Of a stretch of DNA of 64,000 nucleotides, positions 10,824 through 20,793 are shown piece after piece (position 1 is the first letter of the stretch; each line of letters begins with the position of its first letter). Position numbers and translations under genes: made by a program. Source of the DNA: Nitrospirota bacterium (GTDB lineage Bacteria > Nitrospirota > Thermodesulfovibrionia > Thermodesulfovibrionales > Dissulfurispiraceae); assembly GCA_963710375.1 (NCBI GenBank), contig CAVPZX010000009.1:32001-96000 (forward strand). Direction: 5' to 3'. A model generated the notes under the pieces. It was given only the letters and a program-made list of their open reading frames with translations. It searched no databases and was not told the origin of the DNA.

Positions 10824-13800
10824 AAACATAACGGTGAAGGTATGCATGGGGACCGGAGGTATAGCCGCCGGCGGCGCTGAAGTGCTTCAGGCATTTCAAT
10901 CAATAATGGCAGAAAAAAACATCTCTGCCGAGTTCAAGAAAGGGTGCCACATGCACAAAGTGGGATGCCGCGGGTTCTGTGCGAGGGACGTTCTTGTGGA
11001 CGTCATTGTTGATGACCAGAGGACTACCTACCAGTATATACAGCCCGTAATGGTTCAGCGGATTATCGATGACCATATTATCGGCGGCAGTCCGGTCGCA
11101 GCATGGCAGGTAACGGAAGAATACCACAGATTCCACGGGAAACAGGTGAAGGTGGTCTTATCGGATTGCGGCCATATTGATCCTGAAGACATCGAAGCCT
11201 ACCGCTCAGTAGACGGTTATTCCGCTGTTGAAAAAGTGTTCTCATCAATGACTCCTGCGGAAGTCATTGATGTAATGAAAAAATCGGGACTGCGCGGCCG
11301 CGGAGGCGCCGGCTTCCCGACAGGCGTTAAATGGGAGGCCTGCCAAAAAGCCCCTGGTGATCAGAAATACATTATCTGCAATGCCGATGAGGGCGATCCC
11401 GGGGCCTTTATGGACCGGGCTGTTATAGAGGGGAACCCTCACGCTGTAATAGAGGGAATGGCAATAGGAGCCTATGCCATCGGCGCAACACAGGGATATG
11501 TATATATACGGGCTGAATATCCGCTTGCTGTGGAGCGGTTGAAAAAGGCAATTACATCGGCACGGGGAAAAGGATACCTGGGTAAAAATCTTTTCAATAA
11601 AGGATTTGATTTCGATATTAAGATAAAGCTCGGCGCTGGAGCTTTTGTGTGCGGTGAGGAAACTGCTCTCATCGCCTCTATTGAGGGGCAGCGTGGAATG
11701 CCAAGGGCAAAGCCACCCTTCCCTGTCCACAAAGGATTATGGGGTAAGCCGACAGTCATAAACAACGTCGAGACACTGGCAAACATCCCTTACATTCTCA
11801 GGAAGGGAGCCGACTGGTTTTCGTCCTACGGAACGGAAAAATCAAAAGGCACCAAGGTCTTCGCTCTTACCGGCAAAGTGAAGAATACCGGACTTGTCGA
11901 AGTGCCCATGGGCATTGCCCTCAGAGAGATCATCTATGATATCGGCGGCGGGACAGAAAATAACAAGAAAGTGAAGGCGGTCCAGACAGGCGGCCCATCG
12001 GGAGGCTGCATCCCTGCCGACATGCTGGACCTCACCGTGGATTACGAGTCACTCGCAAAGGTCGGCTCTATTGTCGGTTCGGGCGGCATGGTTGTCCTCG
12101 ATGAAGATAACTGCATGGTAGATGTGACAAAGTATTTCCTTAACTTTACCCGGAACGAGTCATGTGGGAAATGCGTTCCCTGCAGGATCGGCACCAAACG
12201 TCTCCTGGAAATTCTCGACAGGATAACCAAGGGGCTCGGCAAAGAGGGTGACCTTGAGCTTATAGAAAAACTGAGCAATGACATAAAAGCCACATCGCTT
12301 TGCGGACTTGGGCAGACCGCTCCCAATCCGGTACTGAGCACCCTTAAGTATTTCAGGCATGAGTATGAAGAGCACATAAAAAATAAAAGGTGTCCTTCGC
12401 TCGCCTGCAAGGAGATAGTATCGTCGTCCTGTCAGCATACCTGTCCGATAGGTACCGAGGCCTCGGTTTACGCCGCCTTGATTGCTCAAGGGCGCTTTGA
12501 AGAGGCCATTCAAGTCATAAGAAAGGGGAACCCCCTGGCAAGTGTCTGCGGGCGGGTTTGCCATCATCCGTGCGAATCAAAGTGCAAGGCCGCTGAATCA
12601 GGTAAACCAATCGCTGTGAGGGCACTGAAGAGGTTTGCCGCGGATTATGCGCACGAAAAGGGCATTCAGGTGCAGTTCCCGAAGGAGGGAAGGAAGGAAC
12701 AGAAGGTCGCTGTTGTGGGCTCCGGACCCGCAGGCTTGACCGCGGCTTATTTCCTTTCTCTAAAAGGATATGATGTCACGGTCTTTGAGGCAAAACCCGT
12801 GGTGGGCGGAATGCTAAGAGTGGCGATACCCGAATACCGCCTGCCCCGCGAGGCCTTTGATATCGACGTCGATTTCATGGCGAACGCCGGGGTAAAATTC
12901 CAGACAGATACTGTACTGGGGAAGGACATTTCAATTGACAGCCTTTTCGAAGAGGGATATAAGGCCATATTTGTAGCTATCGGCTCACATAAATCGATGA
13001 AACTCGGAATACCGGGTGAAGATACTGAGGGTGTAATGCCTTCGCTGGCATTCCTCGAAGCTCTGCATCTTTGTAAAGAGTTGCATCCCGGCAAAAGGGT
13101 AGTGGTGGTTGGAGGCGGCAACTCGGCGGTAGATTCGGCCAGGGCCGCGTATCGTATGGAAGGCGTAGAGAAGGTCATCTTACTGTACAGAAGGACCCGC
13201 TCGGAGATGCCCGCATTTAAGGATGAAGTTGATGCTGCTCTGGAAGAGGGTATCGACATTCAATTCCTGACTGCGCCAACCAGGATTATAAGCAAGAACG
13301 GCAAATTCAATGGCGTGAGCTGCATCCGCATGAAACTGGGAGATGCAGATAAGAGTGGGAGGGCAAGGCCAGTCCCAATTGAAGGTTCTGAGTTTACCAT
13401 TGAAGCAGACACGCTCATTGCAGCAATCGGGGAAAAACCTGATACATCCTGCATTGATGAAACCTCGAAGATCGCGGTCTCCGCAAGAAGCACTCTGGTC
13501 GTTGATCCTGATACCCTTGCAACAGCCAGAGAAGGCGTCTTTGCCGGCGGCGATGCAGTGACTGGACCGAATACGGTTGTCTGGGCAATGCACGCCGGGA
13601 AAAAGGTGGCTGAATCGATCGACAGGTATCTCAGCGGAGAAACTTTGCCTATAAGGCATGAGTTAACAAGACCCTCCCGTTATATAGAACCTGTCGAGTT
13701 GACCGATGAGGAGATCATGGAGTTAGAGCGCCCTGAAATGCCGTCTCTTTCCCCGGAAGAGAGAAGGAAGAATTTCAAGGAAGTGGACTTGGGGTTTACG

Positions 13801-13932
13801 GAGGAGATGGCGGTTAAAGAAGCCCGTAGATGCCTCAGATGTGAATTGAGCACATTGGATGGCCAGAACGCTGTCCAGGAAATGAAACGGAAGAAAGTAA
13901 AACAGATGGAGAAGGAGTTAAAGGCATGCTGA
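10816..13932 (+). CDS. NuoF/HydB-like FMN/NADH subunit fused to a GltD/NfnB-like FAD-NAD(P)H oxidoreductase
   Basis: GLRGRGGAGFP, NADEGDPGAFMD, CGEET, GGPSGG, SCGKCVPCRIG; then CQHTCP, CGRVCHHPCE, GSGPAG, GGGNSAVD, YRR, AGGD, EARRCLRC. Confidence 0.9.
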   Translation: MNKNITVKVCMGTGGIAAGGAEVLQAFQSIMAEKNISAEFKKGCHMHKVGCRGFCARDVLVDVIVDDQRTTYQYIQPVMVQRIIDDHIIGGSPVAAWQVTEEYHRFHGKQVKVVLSDCGHIDPEDIEAYRSVDGYSAVEKVFSSMTPAEVIDVMKKSGLRGRGGAGFPTGVKWEACQKAPGDQKYIICNADEGDPGAFMDRAVIEGNPHAVIEGMAIGAYAIGATQGYVYIRAEYPLAVERLKKAITSARGKGYLGKNLFNKGFDFDIKIKLGAGAFVCGEETALIASIEGQRGMPRAKPPFPVHKGLWGKPTVINNVETLANIPYILRKGADWFSSYGTEKSKGTKVFALTGKVKNTGLVEVPMGIALREIIYDIGGGTENNKKVKAVQTGGPSGGCIPADMLDLTVDYESLAKVGSIVGSGGMVVLDEDNCMVDVTKYFLNFTRNESCGKCVPCRIGTKRLLEILDRITKGLGKEGDLELIEKLSNDIKATSLCGLGQTAPNPVLSTLKYFRHEYEEHIKNKRCPSLACKEIVSSSCQHTCPIGTEASVYAALIAQGRFEEAIQVIRKGNPLASVCGRVCHHPCESKCKAAESGKPIAVRALKRFAADYAHEKGIQVQFPKEGRKEQKVAVVGSGPAGLTAAYFLSLKGYDVTVFEAKPVVGGMLRVAIPEYRLPREAFDIDVDFMANAGVKFQTDTVLGKDISIDSLFEEGYKAIFVAIGSHKSMKLGIPGEDTEGVMPSLAFLEALHLCKELHPGKRVVVVGGGNSAVDSARAAYRMEGVEKVILLYRRTRSEMPAFKDEVDAALEEGIDIQFLTAPTRIISKNGKFNGVSCIRMKLGDADKSGRARPVPIEGSEFTIEADTLIAAIGEKPDTSCIDETSKIAVSARSTLVVDPDTLATAREGVFAGGDAVTGPNTVVWAMHAGKKVAESIDRYLSGETLPIRHELTRPSRYIEPVELTDEEIMELERPEMPSLSPEERRKNFKEVDLGFTEEMAVKEARRCLRCELSTLDGQNAVQEMKRKKVKQMEKELKAC

Positions 13933-16593
13933 ACCTAACTATAAACGGCAAGAAAATAACTGCGAGCGAGGGATCAACGGTTCTTGATGCTGCAAAAGCG
14001 TCAGGGATTTCGATCCCAACACTCTGCCATCATCCCAAGCTCACACCATTCGGCGGCTGCAGGCTCTGCATCGTGGAGATAAAGGGGATTCCTCGCCCCG
14101 TCACCTCGTGCACCACACCGGTAAGCGAAGGGATGGAGGTAACGACCTCATCGCCCAAAATCGAAGATTTGCGCAAAACCGTGCTGGAACTTATCCTTTC
14201 CGACCACCCAGCTGATTGCATGATATGCGAACGCGCAGGCGACTGCACACTGCAGGAAATGGCGTATTCTTACGGCATCAAGGAAAACAGGTTCGCCGGG
14301 GAGAGAAGGGTTTACGCAAAAAAGGACGCCAATCCGTTTCTCGAAAGGGACATGGAGAAGTGCATCATGTGCGGAAGATGTGTAAAGGTCTGCGACGAGG
14401 TGCAGGGCGTGGGAGCCATTGACTTTGCTTACAGGGGTTTTAAATCAAAAGTATGCCCGCCGTATGAGAAGCAGCTTGATTGCGAATTCTGCGGTCAATG
14501 TGTATCTGTGTGCCCCACCGGGGCGCTTACCGGTAAGATGTGGTCTCAGAGAGGACGGCAGAAAGACGTAAAAGAAACTGATACGGTCTGCGCCTATTGC
14601 GGCACGGGTTGCAATATAACGCTTAATGTAAAGGACAATAAAGTCATACGGGTCACTTCAAAACCGGATACATGGAATGAGGGCTGGCTGTGCGTAAAAG
14701 GGAGGTTCGGATACGGATTCATCAACAGCCCCGACCGCCTTACAAAACCTCTCATCAAGAGGGATGGCAGGTTTGAAGAAGCCTCGTGGGAAGAGGCTTA
14801 CGAATGCGCTGCAAAAAGGCTGAACAATATAAAAACAGCCCACGGTCCCGATGCGATCGGCGGATTATCTTCAGCGCGTTGCACCAACGAAGAAAATTAC
14901 GCCTTTCAAAAAATGATCAGGGCTGCGGTGGGAACGAATAATGTCGACCACTGCGCCCGTCTCTGACACGCGCCAACCGTGGCCAGTTTGGCCGCAATAT
15001 TCGGTTCCGGCGCAATGACCAACTCCATTAAAGAAATAGAAAATATGGAGGTGATTTTCATTATCGGCTCCAACACAAAGGAGACGCATCCGGTCATAGC
15101 AAATTGGATGATCAAGGCGTACAGAAAAGGGGCCAAAATAATAGTGGCTGATCCCCGTATGGTGCCGATGACCCGTTTTGCCGATACTGTGCTGAACCTG
15201 AAACCGGGCACGGATATCGCCCTGATCAGCGCAATTGCCCATGTCATCATTAAAGAAGGTCTTCATGACAAAGCCTTTATTGAAGAGAAAGCTGAGGGCT
15301 TTGAAGAAATGAAGAGATCGGTCGAAAAATATACTCCCGAATATGCTGAAAAAATAACCGGCATAAGCAAAGACGCTATCATAAGGGCAGCCCGTCTTTA
15401 CGGCAGCTCACGGAAGGCCGCCATTTTCTACACAATGGGAATAACCCAGCATACCTGCGGCACTGAGAATGTCAACGCGGCTGCAAACCTGGCGATCCTC
15501 ACAGGCAATATCGGGAGGGAATCTACCGGAGTGAACCCCCTAAGGGGACAAAATAATGTCCAGGGTGCATCAGATGCGGGTTGCCTGGCGAATGTTTACC
15601 CGGGATACCAAAAAGTGGACGCTCCTGAAACAAAGGCGAAGTTTGAGAAGGCATGGGGCGTGCCTCTCTCTCCGAAGCCGGGACTAACGGCAACAGAAAT
15701 GATACCTGCAGCCCTTGAAGGAAAATTAAAGGCGATGTATATAATGGGAGAAAACCCGGTCATTACCGACCCAAATACCCACCATACAGTAGATGCCCTG
15801 GATAAACTCGATTTTCTGGTCGTGCAGGACATCTTTTTGACCGAGACAGACTGCCCTGGCAGATGTGGTATTCCCGTCAACCTGCTTTGCTGAAAAAGAC
15901 GGCACATTCAGCAATACTGAAAGAAAGGTCCAGAGAGTGCGGAAGGCGGTTGAGCCGCCGGGTGAAGCGCGGGCCGACCTCTCCATAATCATGGAAATGT
16001 CAAAAAGGCTCGGGTATACAATGGACTATAAATCCCCTGAAGATGTCCTGATCGAGTTCGGACAGGTATGGCCAAACCTTGCAGGGATAACGTACCAGCG
16101 TATTGATAGGGAAGGCATTCAGTGGCCATGCCCTGACCGTAACCACCCGGGGACCCCTTATTTATACAAGGCCGGGTTCCCTAAAGGGAAAGTACGTTTC
16201 TCTCTTGTGCCCTTCACAAACCCTGACGAGTCAACTGATAAGGAGTATCCTTTTGTACTGACCACCGGAAGGAATCTGTACCAGTATCATTCCGGCTCTA
16301 TGACCAGACGTGTGGCCCAGATCGAGGCTCACGCCGGCGAACCCTATGTGGAGATCAGCCCCATAAACAGCAAGAATCTCCACATCAAAAACGGGGACAT
16401 GTTGGTCGTTACGTCACGCCGCGGCAGCATCAGAATAAAAGCACGGGTTACGTCAATGGTGCAGGAAGACACGGTATTCATTCCCATGCATTACCACGAG
16501 GCAGCGGCAAATGTTATAACAAATGATGCCCTCGATGCCACCTGCAAAATACCTGAATTTAAGGTGTGTGCGGTGAAAATAGAAGCGGCTTAA
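13926..16593 (+). CDS. fdhF: Formate dehydrogenase alpha subunit, selenocysteine-containing (UGA 14964-14966); apparent +1 frameshift at 15850
   Basis: N-terminal 2Fe-2S/4Fe-4S domains, CAYCGTGC, NVDHCARL-UGA-HAPTVA in frame, RGQNNVQG, AEKDGTFSN, IPEFKVCAV; three ORF-track pieces join into 888 aa after removing A15850. Confidence 0.9.
14979..14995 (+). promoter_or_regulatory. Bacterial SECIS-like hairpin for fdhF
   Basis: GUGGCCA-GUU-UGGCCGC stem-loop starting 12 nt after the in-frame UGA. Confidence 0.65.
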
Positions 16594-16595
16594 TG

Positions 16596-16654
16596 CAGGC
16601 AAGAGGTTATGGGCAATAGGAAAAGACTTTTCTTTACTTATAGCCCATCGCCTG
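16596..16654. repeat. Inverted tandem-heptamer hairpin element A (degenerate GGCAATA type)
   Basis: Left CAGGCAAGAGGTTATGGGCAATAGG, right TATAGCCCATCGCCTG. Confidence 0.55.
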
Positions 16655-16670
16655 TTTTTTGGAGTATTTT

Positions 16671-17192
16671 ATGATTACTGGAAGACCCTTATTTACTACC
16701 GAGCAAATACATGAGAAGGTCGTTGAATTAGCCGGGGCAATATACCGCGACTATAAGGGGAAGGAAGTCCTCGCAGTCGGGATACTGAAAGGAGCGTTTA
16801 TTTTTTTCGCAGATCTCATCAGGGCCCTGAACCTTCCTGTTACTGTAGATTTCATTGTCGCTTCGAGCTATTTTAAAAATGTTACCACAGGTGAAACTAC
16901 CGTATATTATGAGCCCAGGGAGACTGTTCAGGGAAAGAACGTCCTGCTGATAGACGATATAATTGATACGGGGATCTCACTTAATTACATACGGGAGAAA
17001 ATCTTGTCGCTGAGACCCGAGAGTCTCAAAATTTGCGTACTGCTCGATAAAAAAGAAAGACGCATCACTAACGTGCCGGTGGATTATGTGGGATTTAATA
17101 TTCCCAACCAGTTCGTTGTGGGGTACGGCCTCGACTATGAAAACAGATACAGAAACCTGCCTTATATAGCCGCATTCAAAAAAGAAACTTAA
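16671..17192 (+). CDS. hpt: Hypoxanthine phosphoribosyltransferase
   Basis: GILKGAFIFFADL, VLLIDDIIDTG, FVVGYGLDY...YRNLPYI; GGAG upstream of ATG 16671. Confidence 0.92.
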   Translation: MITGRPLFTTEQIHEKVVELAGAIYRDYKGKEVLAVGILKGAFIFFADLIRALNLPVTVDFIVASSYFKNVTTGETTVYYEPRETVQGKNVLLIDDIIDTGISLNYIREKILSLRPESLKICVLLDKKERRITNVPVDYVGFNIPNQFVVGYGLDYENRYRNLPYIAAFKKET

Positions 17193-17196
17193 AATA

Positions 17197-17295
17197 CAGG
17201 TTCAGGCTAAGGTTAAGGTTAAGAAAAATTTAGGACACAAGCAAGAGAGCTATTCCCCTGGCCTCAACCTCAACCTTAACCTGAACCTTAGCCTG
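17197..17295. repeat. Inverted tandem-hexamer hairpin element B (AGGTTA type)
   Basis: Left CAGGTT CAGGCT AAGGTT AAGGTT AAG; right GGCCT CAACCT CAACCT TAACCT GAACCT TAGCCT G. Confidence 0.8.
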
Positions 17296-17314
17296 CCTTT
17301 TTTGGGAGGATTTT

Positions 17315-17686
17315 ATGTATGAATTGATGATAGAAACTGGTTTTGCCTCAGCGCATCAGCTTAGGGGATATAAAGGTAAATGTGAAAACCTGCATGGTCA
17401 CAACTGGAAAGTCCAGGTATTTGTGACCACTGACCGCCTTAATGAAATCGACCTGGCTATCGATTTTCACGAGCTGAAGCGGCTCACCAGCGAGCTGATT
17501 GCTCAAGTCGATCATACATGTCTGAATAATGTATTTCCCTTCACTGAAAGAAATCCATCTTCGGAAAATATCGCGCGGTGGGTATTCGAGTCGTTACGCA
17601 AAAGGCTGGCGGAATACAAGGTAAATGTGTCTGCGGTAACAGTGTGGGAATCTGAAACCGCGTCAGCAACATATTATGAAGAATAG
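17315..17686 (+). CDS. queD: 6-carboxy-5,6,7,8-tetrahydropterin synthase
   Basis: FASAHQLRGYKGKCENLHGHNW, NPSSENIA, VWES. Confidence 0.93.
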   Translation: MYELMIETGFASAHQLRGYKGKCENLHGHNWKVQVFVTTDRLNEIDLAIDFHELKRLTSELIAQVDHTCLNNVFPFTERNPSSENIARWVFESLRKRLAEYKVNVSAVTVWESETASATYYEE

Positions 17687-17775
17687 GCAATGGGCAATAG
17701 GCTATAGGAAAGAGGTCATGAAACAACAAAAATCTTTTTCTTTTCCTATAGCCTATAGCCTATCGCCTATTGCCT
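17684..17775. repeat. Inverted tandem-heptamer hairpin element C (TAGGCAA type)
   Basis: Left TAGGCAA TGGGCAA TAGGCTA TAGGAAA; right TTTCCTA TAGCCTA TAGCCTA TCGCCTA TTGCCT. Confidence 0.85.
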
Positions 17776-17784
17776 GGTTTTGAT

Positions 17785-19119
17785 ATGGACCGGGCTTTCG
17801 CAGTAAAACTATTGGATATAGCCCTTGCACGGGGCGCTGATGAAGCCGAAGTATATATGAAAGCGTCAAAAAACCTCGGAATCGAGGTCAAAGGCCAAGA
17901 GATAGAGACGCTCGAATCCTCTATGACCGCAGGATACGGTGTCAGGGTAATCAAAAACAAACAGTTGGGGTTCTCTTATTCTACAGACCCCGCCGAAATG
18001 TCCAGTGTAGCGGATGCGGCGCTCTCTGTTGCCGGCTATGCAGAACCGGATGATAATCTTGGATTAGCTTTGCCGTTGCAGGCCAGTGGTGTAGATATCT
18101 TCGACAGACGCATAGCCTCAATCACAGAGGATGAAGCTATAGAGCACACCATGCGCATTGAGAAAGCGGCCCTCGATGCTGACGGGCGAATTAAGAAGAT
18201 CAGAAAGGCTGCAGGGGACTTCGGCACGAATGATACATATATTGTCAACTCAAAAGGCGTTGATGCCTTCTACAGTGCTACCGGCTGCTCGGCACATATT
18301 ACTGTAGTAGCCGAAGATGGCGCCGAAAGCCAGCTGGGCTACGACTACGAGGGGAGCAGATTTCTGGATGAGGCGTCATTTGGCCGGGTTGGGAGCAATG
18401 CAGCAAAAAAGGCACTCCAACTTCTCGGTGCAAAAAAAATCTCTCCCATAAAGGGATTCATTCTTCTCGATAGTTCGGTGGCCGTGGAATTCCTTGGCAT
18501 ATTAGCTTATGCGCTGTCGTCGGAATCCGTTCAAAAGGGCAAATCCATGCTCGCGGGAAAAAAAGAAGAGCAGGTGATGAGTCCGCTGCTGAATATAATT
18601 GATAATGGTCTGCTTGCCGGCAAGCTCGGCAGTAAGCCTTTCGATGGCGAGGGTGTGCCGACAACCCGCAAGGCATTGATTGAAAAGGGCGTGCTGACGG
18701 GCTTTTTATATAATATCTATACGGCCCGTAAAGAGGGCGTCCAATCTACCGGCAACGCTGCAAGAGGCGGAGCCTTCGGGCTCCCCGGTGTCGGACCTAC
18801 TAACCTTTATGTAGAGCCGTCATTACCGGAGCACGCGCAGGAATTCCAAAAGCTTCTGAAGTCCATTGACAAAGGCCTTTACGTAATTGAGACCATGGGC
18901 ATGCATACGGCAAATCCTGTATCTGGAGAATTCTCTGTCGGAATATCGGGGTTATGGATTGAAAACGGAGTAGTGCGCTACCCCGTGAAAGAGGCGGCGA
19001 TATCAGGGACCGTGCTGGAATTGTTCAGGCAAGCGGTTATGATTGGCGATGATTTAAGATTTTATGGTAACATAGGTGCTTCAAGTATTCTGATTGAGTC
19101 AATAGATATAAGCTGTTGA
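17785..19119 (+). CDS. pmbA: TldD/PmbA family protein (PmbA/TldE-like)
   Basis: GADEAEV, GVRVI, PFDGEG, STGNA, NPVSGEFS, PVKEAAISG. Confidence 0.88.
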   Translation: MDRAFAVKLLDIALARGADEAEVYMKASKNLGIEVKGQEIETLESSMTAGYGVRVIKNKQLGFSYSTDPAEMSSVADAALSVAGYAEPDDNLGLALPLQASGVDIFDRRIASITEDEAIEHTMRIEKAALDADGRIKKIRKAAGDFGTNDTYIVNSKGVDAFYSATGCSAHITVVAEDGAESQLGYDYEGSRFLDEASFGRVGSNAAKKALQLLGAKKISPIKGFILLDSSVAVEFLGILAYALSSESVQKGKSMLAGKKEEQVMSPLLNIIDNGLLAGKLGSKPFDGEGVPTTRKALIEKGVLTGFLYNIYTARKEGVQSTGNAARGGAFGLPGVGPTNLYVEPSLPEHAQEFQKLLKSIDKGLYVIETMGMHTANPVSGEFSVGISGLWIENGVVRYPVKEAAISGTVLELFRQAVMIGDDLRFYGNIGASSILIESIDISC

Positions 19120-19136
19120 AATACTGGAGGATGTTC

Positions 19137-20294
19137 ATGGATTATTTCTTAACAGAAGAACAGCAGATGGTACGTGATCTTGCGCGGCAGATTGCCGAAG
19201 AGAAAGTCGTACCGGTCAGAGCTGAACTTGATGAAAAAGGCGAGTATCCATGGGAGATTATTAAGGTCCTTGCCCAGTCGGATATGATCGGACTTTTTAT
19301 ACCCGAAGAATATGGCGGCCTTGGCAAGGGATGTTTAGAGCTTTGCCTGGTCGTTGAAGAACTCTCATGTGCCTGCGTCGGTGTTTCAACAACCTATGCG
19401 GCTAACGCCCTCGGAACTTTTCCTCTCATTCTCTTCGGGTCCGATGAGCAAAAGAAACAATACCTGCCCGATGTTGCAACAGGCAAAAGGCTGGTGGCCT
19501 TCGGCCTTACCGAGGCCAATGCCGGCAGCGATGCCAGTGGAATCCAGACTACCGCCAGGCTTGACGGCAATGAATACGTCCTAAACGGCACCAAGCAATG
19601 GATTACGAACGGAGGCGAAGCAGAGATTTACACCATTATCGCGATTACCGATAGATCAAAAGGGGCAAGAGGGGCCTCTGCCTTTGTAGTTGAGAAAGGG
19701 ACGCCAGGCTTCACCTTTGGGAAGAAGGAGAACAAGCTGGGCATCAGGGCATCTTCAACGAGAGAACTGATTTTCGACAACTGCAGGATTCCGAAAAAAA
19801 ACCTTATCGCAAAAGAGGGGATGGGGTTTATTGTTGCGATGAAAACACTCGACCAATCAAGGACCGGAGTCGGCGCACAGGGGGTTGGCGTGGCACAGGG
19901 CGCATTTGAAGAGGCGGTAAAGTTCGCCCGCCAGCGGCACCAGTTCGGACACCCAATAATAAGCTTCCAGGCGATCCAGCACATGCTGGCCGATATGGCG
20001 ATGCAGATTGAAGCGGCGCGCTCGCTTGTGTATTCTGTTGCCAGATATGTCGATAGCGGCGCAAAAGACATATCAAAGGAATCTGCAATTGCTAAGACAT
20101 TTGCTACTGATGTGGGGATGAAAGTTACCATAGATGCTATACAGGTCATGGGCGGGGCAGGATACATGAAGGATTATCCGGTTGAGAAAATGATGCGTGA
20201 TGCAAAGATACTCCAAATCTACGAGGGCACTAACCAGATACAGAGGAACGTTATCGGGCAGTCTCTGATCAAAGAAGCTGCAAAGAAATATTAA
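19137..20294 (+). CDS. Acyl-CoA (butyryl-CoA-like) dehydrogenase
   Basis: GGAGG upstream of ATG 19137; GLTEANAGSD, NGTKQWITNG, GGAGY, QIYEGTNQIQR. Confidence 0.92.
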   Translation: MDYFLTEEQQMVRDLARQIAEEKVVPVRAELDEKGEYPWEIIKVLAQSDMIGLFIPEEYGGLGKGCLELCLVVEELSCACVGVSTTYAANALGTFPLILFGSDEQKKQYLPDVATGKRLVAFGLTEANAGSDASGIQTTARLDGNEYVLNGTKQWITNGGEAEIYTIIAITDRSKGARGASAFVVEKGTPGFTFGKKENKLGIRASSTRELIFDNCRIPKKNLIAKEGMGFIVAMKTLDQSRTGVGAQGVGVAQGAFEEAVKFARQRHQFGHPIISFQAIQHMLADMAMQIEAARSLVYSVARYVDSGAKDISKESAIAKTFATDVGMKVTIDAIQVMGGAGYMKDYPVEKMMRDAKILQIYEGTNQIQRNVIGQSLIKEAAKKY

Positions 20295-20295
20295 C

Positions 20296-20352
20296 GGTTT
20301 CGTAAAAAGTCCATATGCTGCGTAACGCAGCATATGGACTTTTTACGAAACC
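20296..20352. repeat. Perfect 27-bp inverted repeat between convergent genes (REP/MITE-like; likely bidirectional terminator)
   Basis: GGTTTCGTAAAAAGTCCATATGCTGCG-taa-CGCAGCATATGGACTTTTTACGAAACC. Confidence 0.85.
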
Positions 20353-20759
20353 TATTTTTTTGCCGGTGTCTTTAGCCGTGCAAAATTATATTTTTTCAGA
20401 ATTTTTCTGAAGTCCTTTCTGATCTCAACCCATACAGGATGAATAGGACAGGTTTTGCTGCGACCGCAAAGCGTATGATCAAGGGCGCAGACGTTCACTG
20501 AAAGGTCATGCTCTATTGCCTCCACAACATCAAGCAGGCTTATCGCCTCGGGAGGCCTGCCAAGCTGAAAGCCTCCCTTAACACCGCGAAATGACTTAAC
20601 GAGCGATGCACGGGCAAGTTTCTGTACAATTTTCGCCAGGAAGCTCTTCGGTATCTGCATTTCCCTCGCGATATCTTCGACCATGCTTATTTCTCCCTGT
20701 TTGCTCGAAAGGTACAGGATACACCTGATCGCGTAATCTGTTTCACGAGTGATTTCCAT
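20352..20759 (-). CDS. Rrf2-family transcriptional regulator with three Cys (Fe-S type)
   Basis: ITRETDYAIR, SFRGVKGGF, CALDHTLCGRSKTC. Confidence 0.9.
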   Translation of the reverse strand: MEITRETDYAIRCILYLSSKQGEISMVEDIAREMQIPKSFLAKIVQKLARASLVKSFRGVKGGFQLGRPPEAISLLDVVEAIEHDLSVNVCALDHTLCGRSKTCPIHPVWVEIRKDFRKILKKYNFARLKTPAKK

Positions 20760-20793
20760 ATATCAGTTACCTATCCTTTTTTATACTTAGGGC

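Noticed and set aside
19105..19152. pmbA ending Cys-UGA as another selenoprotein
   Set aside because: The protein ends at the normal family terminus, readthrough would overlap the next gene's RBS and start, and I saw no SECIS-like hairpin.
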